From assembly GCF_009914755.1 (NCBI RefSeq), contig NC_060937.1: 64,000 nucleotides of DNA; one strand, 5' to 3'. Under the pieces are notes generated by a model. It had not been told where the DNA came from and did no database searches. It worked only from the letters and a program-made list of their open reading frames with translations. Below, one piece after another: positions 1-12,464 of this stretch (position 1 is the stretch's first letter; each line of letters opens with the position of its first letter). Position numbers and translations under genes: made by a program. This stretch comes from the human T2T-CHM13v2.0 reference genome, Homo sapiens.

Positions 1-42
1 AAAAAATTTCTGGGAATGCTGCTGTCTAGTTTTTATACGAAT

Positions 43-59
43 TCCCGCTTCCAACGAAA
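43..59 (-). promoter_or_regulatory. CENP-B box (representative; box 1 of 5 per 11-mer, 3 per 7-mer; about 167 intact boxes expected in the window)
   Basis: TCCCGCTTCCAACGAAA is the reverse complement of the canonical YTTCGTTGGAARCGGGA. The total is extrapolated from unit counts minus the 2 mutated boxes. Confidence 0.95.
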
Positions 60-383
60 TCCTCAAAGCAATCCAAATATCCACTTGCAGAATCCACAAA
101 AAGAGTGTTTCAAAACTGCTCTATCAATAGAAAGGTTCAACTCTTTTAGTTGAGTACACACATCACAAACAAGTTTCTGAGAATGCTTCTGTCTGGCTTT
201 TATTGGAAGACGTTTCCTTTTCACCAAAGGCATCAAAGCGCTCCAAATGTCCACTTCCAGATTCTTCCAAAAGAGTGTTTGAAACGTGCTCAAAGTAAGG
301 GAATGTTCAACTCTGTGACTTGAATGCAGATATCACCAAGTAGTTTCTAATAGTGCTTCTGTCTAGATTTTAGATGATGATAT

Positions 384-400
384 TCCCGTTTCCAACGAAA
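384..400 (-). promoter_or_regulatory. CENP-B box (box 2 of the HOR)
   Basis: TCCCGTTTCCAACGAAA, a canonical match. Confidence 0.95.
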
Positions 401-554
401 TCGTTAGAGCTATCCAAATATCCACTTACAGTTGCTACAAAAAGAGTGTTTCCAAACTGCTGCATCAAAAGAAAGGTTCAACTCTGTTAGTTGAGGACAC
501 ACATCACAAAGAAGTTTGTGAGAATGCTTCTGTCTAGATTTTGTATGACCATAT

Positions 555-571
555 TCCCTTTTCCAGCGATA
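555..571 (-). other. Degenerate, predicted non-binding CENP-B-box remnant, one per HOR
   Basis: TCCCTTTTCCAGCGATA (TCCCTTTTCCAACGATA in the other haplotype) sits at the box position, 171 bp after box 2, with the core CGGG and TTCG altered. Confidence 0.8.
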
Positions 572-892
572 TCATTAAAGCAATCTAAATATCCATTTGC
601 AGAATCCACAAAAATAGAGTTTCAAAGCTGCTCTGTAAAAAGAAAGGTTCCACTCTGTTAGCTGAGTACACACATCACAAACTTGTTTCTCAGAATCCTT
701 CTGTCTCGTTTTTATGGGAAGATATTTACTTTTTCACCGTAGGCATCAAAGCGCTCCAAATGTCCACATCCAGATACTCCAGAAAGAGTGTTTCAAACCT
801 GCTCTATGAAAGGGAATCTTCAACTCTATGAGTTGAATGCAGACATCAGAAAGAAATTTCTGAGAATGCTGCTGTCTACCTTTTATTTGAAT

Positions 893-909
893 TCCCGCTT
901 CCAACGAAA
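893..909 (-). promoter_or_regulatory. CENP-B box (box 3 of the HOR)
   Basis: TCCCGCTTCCAACGAAA, a canonical match. Confidence 0.95.
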
Positions 910-1234
910 TCCTCCAAGCTATCCAAATATCCACCTGCATTTTCCACAAAAAGAGCGTTTCAAAACTGCTCTATCAATAGAAATGTTCAACTCCTTTGGC
1001 TGGGTACACACATCACAAACAAGTTTCTGAGAATGCTTCTGTCTAGTTTTTATGGGAAGACATTCCCTTTTTCACCAAAGGCATCAAAGCGCTCCAAATG
1101 TCCACTTCCAGACACTACAAAAAGAGTGTTTCCAACGTGCTCTAAGAAAGCGAATGTTCAACTCTGTGACTTGAATGCAGATATCACAAAGTAGTTTCTG
1201 AGAGGGCTTCTGTCTAGATTTTAGATGATGATAT

Positions 1235-1251
1235 TCCCGTTTCCAACGAAA
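1235..1251 (-). promoter_or_regulatory. CENP-B box (box 4 of the HOR; absent from 7-mers)
   Basis: TCCCGTTTCCAACGAAA, a canonical match. Confidence 0.95.
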
Positions 1252-1572
1252 TCATTAGAGCTATCCAAATATCCACTTACAGTTTCTACAAAAAGAGTGT
1301 TTCCAAACTGCTGCATCAAAAGAGAGGTTCCACTCTGTTAGCTGAGTACACACATCACAAACTTGTTTCTCAGAATCCTTCTGTCTCGTTTTTCTGGGAA
1401 GATATTTACTTTTTCACCGTAGGCATCAAAGCGCTCCAAATGTCCACATCCAGATACTCCAGAAAGAGTGTTTCAAACCTGCTCTATGAAAGGGAATCTT
1501 CAACTCTATGAGTTGAATGCAGACATCAGAAAGAAATTTCTGAGAATGCTGCTGTCTACCTTTTATTTGAAT

Positions 1573-1589
1573 TCCCGCTTCCAACGAAA
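1573..1589 (-). promoter_or_regulatory. CENP-B box (box 5 of the HOR)
   Basis: TCCCGCTTCCAACGAAA, a canonical match. Confidence 0.95.
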
Positions 1590-1745
1590 TCCTCCAAGCT
1601 ATCCAAATATCCACTTGCAGATTCCACAAAAAGAGTGTTTCAAAACTGCTCTCTATCAATGGCAAAGTTCAACTCTGTTAGTTGAGGACACATATCACCA
1701 ACAAGTTTCTGAGAATGCTTCTGTCTATTTTTTATGGGAAGATAT

Positions 1746-1762
1746 TTCCTTTTTCACCGTAG
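1746..1762 (-). promoter_or_regulatory. pJ-alpha (A-box) motif of A-type monomers, representative copy
   Basis: TTCCTTTTTCACCGTAG matches TTCCTTTTYCACCRTAG. Variant copies occupy the box position in the other non-CENP-B monomers. Confidence 0.8.
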
Positions 1763-1932
1763 GCGTCAAGGCGATCGAAATGTCCACTTCCACAAACTAC
1801 AAAAAGAGTGTTTCAAACCTGCTCTATGAAAGGCCATGTTCATCTCTATGAGTCGAATGGAAATATCCGAAAGAAATTTCTGGGAATGCTGCTGTCTAGT
1901 TTTTATACGAATTCCCGCTTCCAACGAAATCC

Positions 1933-3800
1933 TCAAAGCAATCCAAATATCCACTTGCAGAATCCACAAAAAGAGTGTTTCAAAACTGCTCTATCAATAG
2001 AAAGGTTCAACTCTTTTAGTTGAGTACACACATCACAAACAAGTTTCTGAGAATGCTTCTGTCTGGCTTTTATTGGAAGACGTTTCCTTTTCACCAAAGG
2101 CATCAAAGCGCTCCAAATGTCCACTTCCAGATTCTTCCAAAAGAGTGTTTGAAACGTGCTCAAAGTAAGGGAATGTTCAACTCTGTGACTTGAATGCAGA
2201 TATCACCAAGTAGTTTCTAATAGTGCTTCTGTCTAGATTTTAGATGATGATATTCCCGTTTCCAACGAAATCGTTAGAGCTATCCAAATATCCACTTACA
2301 GTTGCTACAAAAACAGTGTTTCCAAACTGCTGCATCAAAAGAAAGGTTCAACTCTGTTAGTTGAGGACACACGTCACAAAGAAGTTTGTGAGAATGCTTC
2401 TGTCTAGATTTTGTATGACGATATTCCCTTTTCCAACGATATCATTAAAGCAATCTAAATATCCATTTGCAGAATCCACAAAAATAGAGTTTCAAAGCTG
2501 CTCTGTAAAAAGAAAGGTTCCACTCTGTTAGCTGAGTACACACATCACAAACTTGTTTCTCAGAATCCTTCTGTCTCGTTTTTCTGGGAAGATATTTACT
2601 TTTTCACCGTAGGCATCAAAGCGCTCCAAATGTCCACATCCAGATACTCCAGAAAGAGTGTTTCAAACCTGCTCTATGAAAGGGAATCTTCAACTCTATG
2701 AGTTGAATGCAGACATCAGAAAGAAATTTCTGAGAATGCTGCTGTCTACCTTTTATTTGAACTCCCGCTTCCAACGAAATCCTCCAAGCTATCCAAATAT
2801 CCACTTGCATTTATCACAAAAAGAGTGCTTCAAAACTGCTCTATCAATAAATGTTCAACTCCTTTAGCTGGGTGCACACATCACAAACAAGTTTCTGAGA
2901 ATGCTTCTGTCTAGTTTTTATGGGAAGACATTCCCTTTTTCACCAAAGGCATCAAAGCGCTCCAAATGTCCACTTCCAGACACTACAAAAAGAGTGTTTC
3001 CAACGTGCTCTAAGAAAGCGAATGTTCAACTCTGTGACTTGAATGCAGATATCACAAAGTAGTTTCTGAGAGGGCTTCTGTCTAGATTTTAGATGATGAT
3101 ATTCCCGTTTCCAACGAAATCATTAGAGCTATCCAAATATCCACTTACAGTTTCTACAAAAAGAGTGTTTCCAAACTGCTGCATCAAAAGAGAGGTTCCA
3201 CTCTGTTAGCTGAGTACACACATCACAAACTTGTTTCTGAGAATCCTTCTGTGTCGTTTTTCTGGGAAGATATTTACTTTTTCACCGTAGGCATCAAAGC
3301 GCTCCAAATGTCCACATCCAGATACTCCAGAAAGAGTGTTTCAAACCTGCTCTATGAAAGGGAATCTTCAACTCTATGAGTTGAATGCAGACATCAGAAA
3401 GAAATTTCTGAGAATGCTGCTGTCTACCTTTTATTTGAATTCCCGCTTCCAACGAAATCCTCCAAGCTATCCAAATATCCACTTGCAGATTCCACAAAAA
3501 GAGTGTTTCAAAACTGCTCTCTATCAATGGCAAAGTTCAACTCTGTTAGTTGAGGACACATATCACCAACAAGTTTCTGAGAATGCTTCTGTCTATTTTT
3601 TATGGGAAGATATTTCCTTTTTCACCGTAGGCGTCAAGGCGATCGAAATGTCCACTTCCACAAACTACAAAAAGAGTGTTTCAAACCTGCTCTATGAAAG
3701 GCCATGTTCATCTCTATGAGTCGAATGGAAATATCCGAAAGAAATTTCTGGGAATGCTGCTGTCTAGTTTTTATACGAATTCCCGCTTCCAACGAAATCC
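1933..3800 (-). repeat. Representative 1868-bp 11-mer HOR (type B); 7 copies starting at 1933, 5671, 8729, 10597, 14845, 16713, 20961
   Basis: A 2-bp deletion (CAATAGAAATG to CAATAAATG, ~2849) is linked to GAACTC (EcoRI site lost, 2762), GAGTGCTTC and TTTAGCTGGGTGCAC. Anchor spacing is 1868 bp. Confidence 0.95.
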
Positions 3801-6800
3801 TCAAAGCAATCCAAATATCCACTTGCAGAATCCACAAAAAGAGTGTTTCAAAACTGCTCTATCAATAGAAAGGTTCAACTCTTTTAGTTGAGTACACACA
3901 TCACAAACAAGTTTCTGAGAATGCTTCTGTCTGGCTTTTATTGGAAGACGTTTCCTTTTCACCAAAGGCATCAAAGCGCTCCAAATGTCCACTTCCAGAT
4001 TCTTCCAAAAGAGTGTTTGAAACGTGCTCAAAGTAAGGGAATGTTCAACTCTGTGACTTGAATGCAGATATCACCAAGTAGTTTCTAATAGTGCTTCTGT
4101 CTAGATTTTAGATGATGATATTCCCGTTTCCAACGAAATCGTTAGAGCTATCCAAATATCCACTTACAGTTGCTACAAAAACAGTGTTTCCAAACTGCTG
4201 CATCAAAAGAAAGGTTCAACTCTGTTAGTTGAGGACACACGTCACAAAGAAGTTTGTGAGAATGCTTCTGTCTAGATTTTGTATGACGATATTCCCTTTT
4301 CCAACGATATCGTTAAAGCAATCTAAATATCCATTTGCAGAATCCACAAAAATAGAGTTTCAAAGCTGCTCTGTAAAAAGAAAGGTTCCACTCTGTTAGC
4401 TGAGTACACACATCACAAACTTGTTTCTCAGAATCCTTCTGTCTCGTTTTTCTGGGAAGATATTTACTTTTTCACCGTAGGCATCAAAGCGCTCCAAATG
4501 TCCACATCCAGATACTCCAGAAAGAGTGTTTCAAACCTGCTCTATGAAAGGGAATCTTCAACTCTATGAGTTGAATGCAGACATCAGAAAGAAATTTCTG
4601 AGAATGCTGCTGTCTACCTTTTATTTGAATTCCCGCTTCCAACGAAATCCTCCAAGCTATCCAAATATCCACCTGCATTTTCCACAAAAAGAGCGTTTCA
4701 AAACTGCTCTATCAATAGAAATGTTCAACTCCTTTGGCTGGGTACACACATCACAAACAAGTTTCTGAGAATGCTTCTGTCTAGTTTTTATGGGAAGACA
4801 TTCCCTTTTTCACCAAAGGCATCAAAGCGCTCCAAATGTCCACTTCCAGACACTACAAAAAGAGTGTTTCCAACGTGCTCTAAGAAAGCGAATGTTCAAC
4901 TCTGTGACTTGAATGCAGATATCACAAAGTAGTTTCTGAGAGGGCTTCTGTCTAGATTTTAGATGATGATATTCCCGTTTCCAACGAAATCATTAGAGCT
5001 ATCCAAATATCCACTTACAGTTTCTACAAAAAGAGTGTTTCCAAACTGCTGCATCAAAAGAGAGGTTCCACTCTGTTAGCTGAGTACACACATCACAAAC
5101 TTGTTTCTCAGAATCCTTCTGTCTCGTTTTTCTGGGAAGATATTTACTTTTTCACCGTAGGCATCAAAGCGCTCCAAATGTCCACATCCAGATACTCCAG
5201 AAAGAGTGTTTCAAACCTGCTCTATGAAAGGGAATCTTCAACTCTATGAGTTGAATGCAGACATCAGAAAGAAATTTCTGAGAATGCTGCTGTCTACCTT
5301 TTATTTGAATTCCCGCTTCCAACGAAATCCTCCAAGCTATCCAAATATCCACTTGCAGATTCCACAAAAAGAGTGTTTCAAAACTGCTCTCTATCAATGG
5401 CAAAGTTCAACTCTGTTAGTTGAGGACACATATCACCAACAAGTTTCTGAGAATGCTTCTGTCTATTTTTTATGGGAAGATATTTCCTTTTTCACCGTAG
5501 GCGTCAAGGCGATCGAAATGTCCACTTCCACAAACTACAAAAAGAGTGTTTCAAACCTGCTCTATGAAAGGCCATGTTCATCTCTATGAGTCGAATGGAA
5601 ATATCCGAAAGAAATTTCTGGGAATGCTGCTGTCTAGTTTTTATACGAATTCCCGCTTCCAACGAAATCCTCAAAGCAATCCAAATATCCACTTGCAGAA
5701 TCCACAAAAAGAGTGTTTCAAAACTGCTCTATCAATAGAAAGGTTCAACTCTTTTAGTTGAGTACACACATCACAAACAAGTTTCTGAGAATGCTTCTGT
5801 CTGGCTTTTATTGGAAGACGTTTCCTTTTCACCAAAGGCATCAAAGCGCTCCAAATGTCCACTTCCAGATTCTTCCAAAAGAGTGTTTGAAACGTGCTCA
5901 AAGTAAGGGAATGTTCAACTCTGTGACTTGAATGCAGATATCACCAAGTAGTTTCTAATAGTGCTTCTGTCTAGATTTTAGATGATGATATTCCCGTTTC
6001 CAACGAAATCGTTAGAGCTATCCAAATATCCACTTACAGTTGCTACAAAAACAGTGTTTCCAAACTGCTGCATCAAAAGAAAGGTTCAACTCTGTTAGTT
6101 GAGGACACACGTCACAAAGAAGTTTGTGAGAATGCTTCTGTCTAGATTTTGTATGACGATATTCCCTTTTCCAACGATATCATTAAAGCAATCTAAATAT
6201 CCATTTGCAGAATCCACAAAAATAGAGTTTCAAAGCTGCTCTGTAAAAAGAAAGGTTCCACTCTGTTAGCTGAGTACACACATCACAAACTTGTTTCTCA
6301 GAATCCTTCTGTCTCGTTTTTCTGGGAAGATATTTACTTTTTCACCGTAGGCATCAAAGCGCTCCAAATGTCCACATCCAGATACTCCAGAAAGAGTGTT
6401 TCAAACCTGCTCTATGAAAGGGAATCTTCAACTCTATGAGTTGAATGCAGACATCAGAAAGAAATTTCTGAGAATGCTGCTGTCTACCTTTTATTTGAAC
6501 TCCCGCTTCCAACGAAATCCTCCAAGCTATCCAAATATCCACTTGCATTTATCACAAAAAGAGTGCTTCAAAACTGCTCTATCAATAAATGTTCAACTCC
6601 TTTAGCTGGGTGCACACATCACAAACAAGTTTCTGAGAATGCTTCTGTCTAGTTTTTATGGGAAGACATTCCCTTTTTCACCAAAGGCATCAAAGCGCTC
6701 CAAATGTCCACTTCCAGACACTACAAAAAGAGTGTTTCCAACGTGCTCTAAGAAAGCGAATGTTCAACTCTGTGACTTGAATGCAGATATCACAAAGTAG

Positions 6801-7538
6801 TTTCTGAGAGGGCTTCTGTCTAGATTTTAGATGATGATATTCCCGTTTCCAACGAAATCATTAGAGCTATCCAAATATCCACTTACAGTTTCTACAAAAA
6901 GAGTGTTTCCAAACTGCTGCATCAAAAGAGAGGTTCCACTCTGTTAGCTGAGTACACACATCACAAACTTGTTTCTGAGAATCCTTCTGTGTCGTTTTTC
7001 TGGGAAGATATTTACTTTTTCACCGTAGGCATCAAAGCGCTCCAAATGTCCACATCCAGATACTCCAGAAAGAGTGTTTCAAACCTGCTCTATGAAAGGG
7101 AATCTTCAACTCTATGAGTTGAATGCAGACATCAGAAAGAAATTTCTGAGAATGCTGCTGTCTACCTTTTATTTGAATTCCCGCTTCCAACGAAATCCTC
7201 CAAGCTATCCAAATATCCACTTGCAGATTCCACAAAAAGAGTGTTTCAAAACTGCTCTCTATCAATGGCAAAGTTCAACTCTGTTAGTTGAGGACACATA
7301 TCACCAACAAGTTTCTGAGAATGCTTCTGTCTATTTTTTATGGGAAGATATTTCCTTTTTCACCGTAGGCGTCAAGGCGATCGAAATGTCCACTTCCACA
7401 AACTACAAAAAGAGTGTTTCAAACCTGCTCTATGAAAGGCCATGTTCATCTCTATGAGTCGAATGGAAATATCCGAAAGAAATTTCTGGGAATGCTGCTG
7501 TCTAGTTTTTATACGAATTCCCGCTTCCAACGAAATCC

Positions 7539-8728
7539 TCAAAGCAATCCAAATATCCACTTGCAGAATCCACAAAAAGAGTGTTTCAAAACTGCTCTAT
7601 CAATAGAAAGGTTCAACTCTTTTAGTTGAGTACACACATCACAAACAAGTTTCTGAGAATGCTTCTGTCTGGCTTTTATTGGAAGACGTTTCCTTTTCAC
7701 CAAAGGCATCAAAGCGCTCCAAATGTCCACTTCCAGATTCTTCCAAAAGAGTGTTTGAAACGTGCTCAAAGTAAGGGAATGTTCAACTCTGTGACTTGAA
7801 TGCAGATATCACCAAGTAGTTTCTAATAGTGCTTCTGTCTAGATTTTAGATGATGATATTCCCGTTTCCAACGAAATCGTTAGAGCTATCCAAATATCCA
7901 CTTACAGTTGCTACAAAAACAGTGTTTCCAAACTGCTGCATCAAAAGAAAGGTTCAACTCTGTTAGTTGAGGACACACGTCACAAAGAAGTTTGTGAGAA
8001 TGCTTCTGTCTAGATTTTGTATGACGATATTCCCTTTTCCAACGATATCGTTAAAGCAATCTAAATATCCATTTGCAGAATCCACAAAAATAGAGTTTCA
8101 AAGCTGCTCTGTAAAAAGAAAGGTTCCACTCTGTTAGCTGAGTACACACATCACAAACTTGTTTCTCAGAATCCTTCTGTCTCGTTTTTCTGGGAAGATA
8201 TTTACTTTTTCACCGTAGGCATCAAAGCGCTCCAAATGTCCACATCCAGATACTCCAGAAAGAGTGTTTCAAACCTGCTCTATGAAAGGGAATCTTCAAC
8301 TCTATGAGTTGAATGCAGACATCAGAAAGAAATTTCTGAGAATGCTGCTGTCTACCTTTTATTTGAATTCCCGCTTCCAACGAAATCCTCCAAGCTATCC
8401 AAATATCCACTTGCAGATTCCACAAAAAGAGTGTTTCAAAACTGCTCTCTATCAATGGCAAAGTTCAACTCTGTTAGTTGAGGACACATATCACCAACAA
8501 GTTTCTGAGAATGCTTCTGTCTATTTTTTATGGGAAGATATTTCCTTTTTCACCGTAGGCGTCAAGGCGATCGAAATGTCCACTTCCACAAACTACAAAA
8601 AGAGTGTTTCAAACCTGCTCTATGAAAGGCCATGTTCATCTCTATGAGTCGAATGGAAATATCCGAAAGAAATTTCTGGGAATGCTGCTGTCTAGTTTTT
8701 ATACGAATTCCCGCTTCCAACGAAATCC
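7539..8728 (-). repeat. 7-mer HOR variant (1190 bp)
   Basis: Anchor spacing 1190 = 1870 - 680; four monomers are missing. Confidence 0.95.
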
Positions 8729-11700
8729 TCAAAGCAATCCAAATATCCACTTGCAGAATCCACAAAAAGAGTGTTTCAAAACTGCTCTATCAATAGAAAG
8801 GTTCAACTCTTTTAGTTGAGTACACACATCACAAACAAGTTTCTGAGAATGCTTCTGTCTGGCTTTTATTGGAAGACGTTTCCTTTTCACCAAAGGCATC
8901 AAAGCGCTCCAAATGTCCACTTCCAGATTCTTCCAAAAGAGTGTTTGAAACGTGCTCAAAGTAAGGGAATGTTCAACTCTGTGACTTGAATGCAGATATC
9001 ACCAAGTAGTTTCTAATAGTGCTTCTGTCTAGATTTTAGATGATGATATTCCCGTTTCCAACGAAATCGTTAGAGCTATCCAAATATCCACTTACAGTTT
9101 CTACAAAAAGAGTGTTTCCAAACTGCTGCATCAAAAGAAAGGTTCAACTCTGTTAGTTGAGGACACACATCACAAAGAAGTTTGTGAGAATGCTTCTGTC
9201 TAGATTTTGTATGACCATATTCCCTTTTCCAGCGATATCATTAAAGCAATCTAAATATCCATTTGCAGAATCCACAAAAATAGAGTTTCAAAGCTGCTCT
9301 GTAAAAAGAAAGGTTCCACTCTGTTAGCTGAGTACACACATCACAAACTTGTTTCTCAGAATCCTTCTGTCTCGTTTTTATGGGAAGATATTTACTTTTT
9401 CACCGTAGGCATCAAAGCGCTCCAAATGTCCACATCCAGATACTCCAGAAAGAGTGTTTCAAACCTGCTCTATGAAAGGGAATCTTCAACTCTATGAGTT
9501 GAATGCAGACATCAGAAAGAAATTTCTGAGAATGCTGCTGTCTACCTTTTATTTGAACTCCCGCTTCCAACGAAATCCTCCAAGCTATCCAAATATCCAC
9601 TTGCATTTTCCACAAAAAGAGTGCTTCAAAACTGCTCTATCAATAAATGTTCAACTCCTTTAGCTGGGTGCACACATCACAAACAAGTTTCTGAGAATGC
9701 TTCTGTCTAGTTTTTATGGGAAGACATTCCCTTTTTCACCAAAGGCATCAAAGCGCTCCAAATGTCCACTTCCAGACACTACAAAAAGAGTGTTTCCAAC
9801 GTGCTCTAAGAAAGCGAATGTTCAACTCTGTGACTTGAATGCAGATATCACAAAGTAGTTTCTGAGAGGGCTTCTGTCTAGATTTTAGATGATGATATTC
9901 CCGTTTCCAACGAAATCATTAGAGCTATCCAAATATCCACTTACAGTTTCTACAAAAAGAGTGTTTCCAAACTGCTGCATCAAAAGAGAGGTTCCACTCT
10001 GTTAGCTGAGTACACACATCACAAACTTGTTTCTCAGAATCCTTCTGTCTCGTTTTTCTGGGAAGATATTTACTTTTTCACCGTAGGCATCAAAGCGCTC
10101 CAAATGTCCACATCCAGATACTCCAGAAAGAGTGTTTCAAACCTGCTCTATGAAAGGGAATCTTCAACTCTATGAGTTGAATGCAGACATCAGAAAGAAA
10201 TTTCTGAGAATGCTGCTGTCTACCTTTTATTTGAATTCCCGCTTCCAACGAAATCCTCCAAGCTATCCAAATATCCACTTGCAGATTCCACAAAAAGAGT
10301 GTTTCAAAACTGCTCTCTATCAATGGCAAAGTTCAACTCTGTTAGTTGAGGACACATATCACCAACAAGTTTCTGAGAATGCTTCTGTCTATTTTTTATG
10401 GGAAGATATTTCCTTTTTCACCGTAGGCGTCAAGGCGATCGAAATGTCCACTTCCACAAACTACAAAAAGAGTGTTTCAAACCTGCTCTATGAAAGGCCA
10501 TGTTCATCTCTATGAGTCGAATGGAAATATCCGAAAGAAATTTCTGGGAATGCTGCTGTCTAGTTTTTATACGAATTCCCGCTTCCAACGAAATCCTCAA
10601 AGCAATCCAAATATCCACTTGCAGAATCCACAAAAAGAGTGTTTCAAAACTGCTCTATCAATAGAAAGGTTCAACTCTTTTAGTTGAGTACACACATCAC
10701 AAACAAGTTTCTGAGAATGCTTCTGTCTGGCTTTTATTGGAAGACGTTTCCTTTTCACCAAAGGCATCAAAGCGCTCCAAATGTCCACTTCCAGATTCTT
10801 CCAAAAGAGTGTTTGAAACGTGCTCAAAGTAAGGGAATGTTCAACTCTGTGACTTGAATGCAGATATCACCAAGTAGTTTCTAATAGTGCTTCTGTCTAG
10901 ATTTTAGATGATGATATTCCCGTTTCCAACGAAATCGTTAGAGCTATCCAAATATCCACTTACAGTTGCTACAAAAACAGTGTTTCCAAACTGCTGCATC
11001 AAAAGAAAGGTTCAACTCTGTTAGTTGAGGACACACGTCACAAAGAAGTTTGTGAGAATGCTTCTGTCTAGATTTTGTATGACGATATTCCCTTTTCCAA
11101 CGATATCATTAAAGCAATCTAAATATCCATTTGCAGAATCCACAAAAATAGAGTTTCAAAGCTGCTCTGTAAAAAGAAAGGTTCCACTCTGTTAGCTGAG
11201 TACACACATCACAAACTTGTTTCTCAGAATCCTTCTGTCTCGTTTTTCTGGGAAGATATTTACTTTTTCACCGTAGGCATCAAAGCGCTCCAAATGTCCA
11301 CATCCAGATACTCCAGAAAGAGTGTTTCAAACCTGCTCTATGAAAGGGAATCTTCAACTCTATGAGTTGAATGCAGACATCAGAAAGAAATTTCTGAGAA
11401 TGCTGCTGTCTACCTTTTATTTGAACTCCCGCTTCCAACGAAATCCTCCAAGCTATCCAAATATCCACTTGCATTTTCCACAAAAAGAGTGCTTCAAAAC
11501 TGCTCTATCAATAAATGTTCAACTCCTTTAGCTGGGTGCACACATCACAAACAAGTTTCTGAGAATGCTTCTGTCTAGTTTTTATGGGAAGACATTCCCT
11601 TTTTCACCAAAGGCATCAAAGCGCTCCAAATGTCCACTTCCAGACACTACAAAAAGAGTGTTTCCAACGTGCTCTAAGAAAGCGAATGTTCAACTCTGTG

Positions 11701-12464
11701 ACTTGAATGCAGATATCACAAAGTAGTTTCTGAGAGGGCTTCTGTCTAGATTTTAGATGATGATATTCCCGTTTCCAACGAAATCATTAGAGCTATCCAA
11801 ATATCCACTTACAGTTTCTACAAAAAGAGTGTTTCCAAACTGCTGCATCAAAAGAGAGGTTCCACTCTGTTAGCTGAGTACACACATCACAAACTTGTTT
11901 CTGAGAATCCTTCTGTGTCGTTTTTATGGGAAGATATTTACTTTTTCACCGTAGGCATCAAAGCGCTCCAAATGTCCACATCCAGATACTCCAGAAAGAG
12001 TGTTTCAAACCTGCTCTATGAAAGGGAATCTTCAACTCTATGAGTTGAATGCAGACATCAGAAAGAAATTTCTGAGAATGCTGCTGTCTACCTTTTATTT
12101 GAATTCCCGCTTCCAACGAAATCCTCCAAGCTATCCAAATATCCACTTGCAGATTCCACAAAAAGAGTGTTTCAAAACTGCTCTCTATCAATGGCAAAGT
12201 TCAACTCTGTTAGTTGAGGACACATATCACCAACAAGTTTCTGAGAATGCTTCTGTCTATTTTTTATGGGAAGATATTTCCTTTTTCACCGTAGGCGTCA
12301 AGGCGATCGAAATGTCCACTTCCACAAACTACAAAAAGAGTGTTTCAAACCTGCTCTATGAAAGGCCATGTTCATCTCTATGAGTCGAATGGAAATATCC
12401 GAAAGAAATTTCTGGGAATGCTGCTGTCTAGTTTTTATACGAATTCCCGCTTCCAACGAAATCC

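Larger units (their letters stand above)
63..1932 (-). repeat. Representative 1870-bp 11-mer HOR (type A); 19 complete copies starting at 63, 3801, 26399, 28269, 30139, 32009, 33879, 35749, 37619, 39489, 43739, 45609, 47479, 51729, 53599, 55469, 57339, 59209, 61079, plus a partial copy at 62949
   Basis: Anchor spacing is 1870 bp. Diagnostic motif: CACCTGCATTTTCCACAAAAAGAGCGTTT...CAATAGAAATG...TTTGGCTGGGTACAC. Confidence 0.95.

Noticed and set aside
1-10. Private SNV at position 3 (AAAAAATTTC vs AAGAAATTTC)
   Set aside because: It is a singleton at the window edge with no motif affected, and cannot be interpreted without the flank or reads.
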